Of a stretch of DNA of 64,000 nt, positions 61,410-64,000 are shown in pieces. Source of the stretch: an uncultured Acidimicrobiia bacterium. Its GTDB lineage: Bacteria; Acidobacteriota; Terriglobia; Versatilivoradales; Versatilivoraceae. Position 1 is the stretch's first letter; each line of letters begins with the position of its first letter. The position numbers were made by a program, and so were the translations under genes. Location: contig CAWBAT010000007.1 of the NCBI GenBank assembly GCA_963786955.1, forward strand, positions 128,001 through 192,000, in the 5' to 3' direction. A model generated the notes under the pieces. The model had not been told where the DNA came from. It worked only from the letters and a program-made list of their open reading frames with translations, and made no database searches.

Positions 61410-62800
61410 TCCACTTGCCTTGACATGACTTCCAACTCCTTTCGAGTATGGATCTCTTGCGCCTTCACGTCTAATTTTCTGGCGAAATTTTGAACGAACG
61501 CATTATTCAGGCGCCAGATATTGGCCACGAAAGAGGGTCTCATGAAAAAACGCGCAAAAGCGGCGCCAAGTAAAAAGGAGAGTTCCTCCGGTTTCAGATT
61601 GGGGTGTTTGAATGTTGGCGTATATCCATTGAATTTTTCCCAATCCTTCTCATAGACTAAAGGCTCTATCTGTTTCCATAAAGGAGTACCGGGATATGGG
61701 GTCAGTAATTTGAATAGGGCATAGGTGGAATCCAAGCTTATCGAATACTCGATGGTGGCGGAAATAGAGCTCCACGTGTCGGTCAAGAACCCGAGAACGT
61801 AAAAGGCGACCGTCCCAATCCCCATGCGCTTACAGGTTGCAATAATGGCTTTGGCGTGCGCGGGGGCGATGGGGGTTCGTGCGACTTTTCGCAGAATCTC
61901 GGGTGACACCGACTCGACTCCGAAATTGATGCGTCTGAGTCCGGACGCATACAGTTTCTTCAAGAGGTCTTCATCCAGGCGGTCCAGCCGGGTCTCACAT
62001 TCATAATGTAACTTGAGCTTTCGAAACTGGATCTCATCAGCCAAGTGGACGCAACGCTCCCTTTGGAAAGTAAACAGAGGATCACGAAAAACGACATAGG
62101 GATTGGGATGCCGCTCACACAATGCCTCCAGTTCATCTACGATGTTCTTGACGCTGCGTGCCCGATAGCTTGCAAGGATGCGGTGTGGACAATAGGTGCA
62201 GAACTCCGGGCAACTCCGGCTGGACATCAAGGAAAAAGAGCCCCCGCCGAGTTGGTCTCTTAGACCGATTTTTTGCCAGACGTCCGGAATCTTCTCAATC
62301 AGATCCCAGCGGGCATAAGGGATTGAATCCAGATCTGCGATGGCGGGGCTTGGCGTTAACCCGCCTAAGGTCTCACCAGCAGCCAAACGCATGATGGCGG
62401 CTTCGGGTTCGCCTTGAATCACGAAGTCTGAATGATCCAGGAAGAGTTGAGAAAGCTTGGAAGCTGCCAAGCCGACGAAACCGACGCGAACCCCTTTTTG
62501 CCGTGCCTCGTCGGCCCACCTGGTCTCGTGCTTGTAATCCACCAGAGACGATAAAACAATGGCCACATCTGCTTCGACCAGCTTGTCGGATGTGGCGACG
62601 ACCTCATGACCCGCTTCCGCCAAAATTCCTGCAATGGTCGCCATTTGAACGCTGGGCACCTGATGAAAATTGCGTTTAAAGTGGCAATATAGCCTGGTTG
62701 TTTTTGAAAAAGGGCTCATCCTTGAGCCATAACCACCAACCACAGTATCTTTGACGACATATCCATGTTTTGACATCAAGTCAGCCAAAAGAATCCGCAT
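61403..62800 (-). CDS. B12-binding-like / radical SAM protein
   Basis: GEPE, SRSCPEFCTYC, FGVES, TPYPGT. Confidence 0.88.
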   Translation of the reverse strand: MRILLADLMSKHGYVVKDTVVGGYGSRMSPFSKTTRLYCHFKRNFHQVPSVQMATIAGILAEAGHEVVATSDKLVEADVAIVLSSLVDYKHETRWADEARQKGVRVGFVGLAASKLSQLFLDHSDFVIQGEPEAAIMRLAAGETLGGLTPSPAIADLDSIPYARWDLIEKIPDVWQKIGLRDQLGGGSFSLMSSRSCPEFCTYCPHRILASYRARSVKNIVDELEALCERHPNPYVVFRDPLFTFQRERCVHLADEIQFRKLKLHYECETRLDRLDEDLLKKLYASGLRRINFGVESVSPEILRKVARTPIAPAHAKAIIATCKRMGIGTVAFYVLGFLTDTWSSISATIEYSISLDSTYALFKLLTPYPGTPLWKQIEPLVYEKDWEKFNGYTPTFKHPNLKPEELSFLLGAAFARFFMRPSFVANIWRLNNAFVQNFARKLDVKAQEIHTRKELEVMSRQVEC

Positions 62801-63009
62801 TATTCCCTCTCATTTCGAATGGCATTAGATTGTGTATCGAGGAAGAACATTTGCAAATCTGCTCTTCGTGAATGCTTAATTTTCAGTAGGAAGTCATAAA
62901 GCCACTTCCCATGACATCGGAAAGGAGACCCATTAGATCCGCCAAGAAACACAGATTCAACGTCTAGAACGGTGAACCCTGTTATTCAGGCGAATCTCGC
63001 CTGTTCTTA

Positions 63010-63438
63010 TTAGGCTGTCGGAGTTTCGGGAGTCAAAGAAGGGGGTGGCCGATCAAAAAGGAAGAGAACAATTCCGTGCTGCACATGTTCAACCCTGGTT
63101 TCGGGGATTAGGATTTCGCAAAGGTCGCTTGGGACCAGAAGATCACAAATCTCCAAACACGCCGAAGGGATAGCTTCATCGTCACCATCGAAATCCTCGT
63201 CAATCGTCGAGTAAAACTCAAGAATTCGAAAGGAAAATTGAAAGTTGGAGCGAACCGGTCGAACGGCGTCAAAAACACTGATTTCCTCGAATGATCTCAG
63301 GGTTGGAACTCTGTCTTCGGCCAAACGAATGGGCGTGCATTGAGCTGCCAAAAGGAAGAACAAAAGTAAAGAAAAGGCCCAGAATGCTGAGGGCAGGTGT
63401 TCTTGGAAGAATCGCTTCGGGATAAAGAACTGTGTCAT
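63010..63438 (-). CDS. hypothetical protein
   Basis: ORF with hydrophobic N-terminus and ..RPPP tail; no family recognised. Confidence 0.3.
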   Translation of the reverse strand: MTQFFIPKRFFQEHLPSAFWAFSLLLFFLLAAQCTPIRLAEDRVPTLRSFEEISVFDAVRPVRSNFQFSFRILEFYSTIDEDFDGDDEAIPSACLEICDLLVPSDLCEILIPETRVEHVQHGIVLFLFDRPPPSLTPETPTA

Positions 63439-63761
63439 GATGAGTTTCTCACGCTCAACACAGGCTCAAGTGTCATTCGCTGGAGCCTGTCCAAATTCTT
63501 CTGCCCAAAGGCTATGCTATTGAAATGCTTGGAACTTAGCACACACTCAACACTAGTCCAATCCATTGGGAGTGTCAACCTGGAAACGACCTGAAAAGGA
63601 CGCAGTGGCAGAACTTGCATCTCATATAATTCTGCTTTGAGGTTCTCCCAACCCAATAGAAAAAAGCCACCATCAGGCAGGGTCGCAAAACGGCATCCTC
63701 GAGCCGTCAAAACCGGGATGATTGATGACTGAATCGATATCTACGAAGACGGGCGTGAAAT

Positions 63762-64000
63762 TCACTCTGCCGGGATCTCAACTCCAGCGGTTGCAGGGCG
63801 GCGCCGAAATATCGTCCCGACCTTCTTCTGGAAGGAATCCAAATAGATGTAATAAACGGGAGTGATATACAGGGTAATCAGCTGAGAAACCACCAAGCCG
63901 CCTACCACGGCAAGACCCAGGGGGCGCCGCGCTTCTGAGCCCGCGCCAAAGCCAAGCGCAATGGGCAGAGTGCCCATCAGGGCAGCCACAGTGGTCATCA
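63762..64000 (-). CDS. RND efflux permease (MdtB/C-AcrB family) C-terminus; truncated by window edge
   Basis: MTT.AAL.G.LP.ALG.GAGSE.RRPLG..VVGGL..SQL.TLY.TPV.Y. Confidence 0.93.
   Translation of the reverse strand, partial: MTTVAALMGTLPIALGFGAGSEARRPLGLAVVGGLVVSQLITLYITPVYYIYLDSFQKKVGTIFRRRPATAGVEIPAE

Noticed and set aside
2085-62634. Numerous antisense and alternate-frame ORFs in the track (e.g. 2085-2819, 5936-6622, 41297-42163, 49536-50231)
   Set aside because: They overlap well-supported genes and show no recognisable motifs.

Overview
Bacterial chromosomal window of about 50-55% GC (by eye). Gene content and order suggest an Acidobacteriota-like organism (inference). The core is a housekeeping block: HDAC-mnmA-iscS, thrS-infC-rpmI-rplT-pheS-pheT-zapB-zapA, 6S RNA, rny-ymdB-ffh, leuCD and tRNA-Phe. 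Accessory enzyme genes and many intergenic REP-like palindromes are interspersed. The main novelty candidate is two diverged, head-to-head copies of a ~1.7 kb IS-like element (16831-18537, intact; 18911-20620, decayed). Each encodes only a tandem pair of DUF1670-like proteins and no recognisable transposase. Each sits in the loop of the same REP hairpin with a 3-bp flanking repeat. The copies share defined ends with a GCAATATTGC-type palindrome, a predicted circle-junction promoter and a co-varying leader hairpin. An unoccupied copy of the target repeat lies at ~31717. Also present: integron-type attC cassettes with no integrase in the window (~15.1-16.4 kb), a collapsed type III R-M relic around a GxxExxY gene (~9.0-9.9 kb), a doubly frameshifted Lhr helicase, an AT-richer PadR islet that separates zapA from the 6S RNA, a 7-mer tandem repeat between pheS and pheT, and a radical SAM/DegT/DedA operon. 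All family calls come from motif recognition by eye; no searches were run.
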